Below, piece by piece: positions 63,666-64,000 of a DNA stretch of 64,000 nt. Below the pieces are notes generated by a model. The model ran no database searches. It had not been told where the DNA came from and saw only the letters and a program-made list of their open reading frames with translations. The stretch spans positions 92,752,001-92,816,000 of the forward strand of contig OZ286459.1 in NCBI GenBank assembly GCA_965644265.1, read 5' to 3'. Position numbers and translations under genes: made by a program. This DNA comes from Glycera tridactyla. Its lineage: Eukaryota. Each line of letters begins with the position of its first letter. Within the stretch, counting starts at the first letter, position 1.

Positions 63666-64000
63666 CTGCAATAGAATTGTTAATTGAAGCTATCAACACT
63701 GAAATCAACAAAATATAATATGGTGTGGACCTCGAAGCAAATTAAAATCAAATGTTAAAGAAAACATGATATCAACCACATAATTTCTACTCCTCCACCA
63801 TCATTGCATGCTGTATGTGTGAGGTCTGGTGTGGCCATCAAAGTTTGGCGGTATGCCCAGCTTTATTCGCTGGTGATATATACTTCGGGGGCACTGACGA
63901 TTGAAGTCAACATGAATGTGGTCTGTACATTCGATCTGATACATACTGCAAGCACATCCAGCTGATCGACAACAGGTTGATCACTCTCCATCTGAACTCA

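Noticed and set aside
384-63718. Many plus-strand ORFs (Ser/Phe/Leu-rich, e.g. 384-869, 11602-12357, 25328-26005)
   Set aside because: Antisense shadows of the minus-strand exons; they coincide with each exon, have no independent splice or domain signal, and arise because the sense frame rarely uses TTA/CTA/TCA.
1-64000. Lipoxygenase, polycystin or lipase gene
   Set aside because: No catalytic, GAIN/REJ or transmembrane exons between PLAT repeats; domains outside the window cannot be excluded.
1-64000. tRNA, rRNA or other structured RNA genes
   Set aside because: None recognised by eye; small intronic ncRNAs would need an Infernal/Rfam scan.

Overview
Eukaryotic (metazoan-like, AT-rich, GT-AG spliceosomal introns) genomic DNA with four N gaps. 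The whole 64 kb lies inside ONE minus-strand gene with neither start nor stop in the window. I traced 79 exons by hand: 39 complete two-exon repeats plus part of a 40th, numbered R1-R40 in transcription order (R1 at 63.6 kb, R40 at 1 bp). Each repeat has exon A (142/145/148 nt, phase 1-2; N-half of a PLAT/LH2 domain, YxVxVxTxD..GTDANV...LDN..NFExG) and exon B (377-530 nt, phase 2-1; C-half xDxF..HDNSG..PxWxL..FPC.xW..D..DG.I plus a charged low-complexity linker). Summed exon length is 23,604 nt, about 7,870 codons; every complete exon fits the phase rule and no stop appeared in the ORF track or in the exons I translated by hand. The closest known architecture is LOXHD1 (15 PLAT repeats in mammals), but this protein has at least 40 PLATs, linkers resembling AHNAK/periaxin repeats, and two PLAT subtypes in alternating blocks. 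Introns hold three CAGT-terminated MITE-like elements, microsatellites, a 25-bp minisatellite and small duplications. No RNA genes, CRISPR arrays or prokaryotic features were found. All coordinates are hand-counted.
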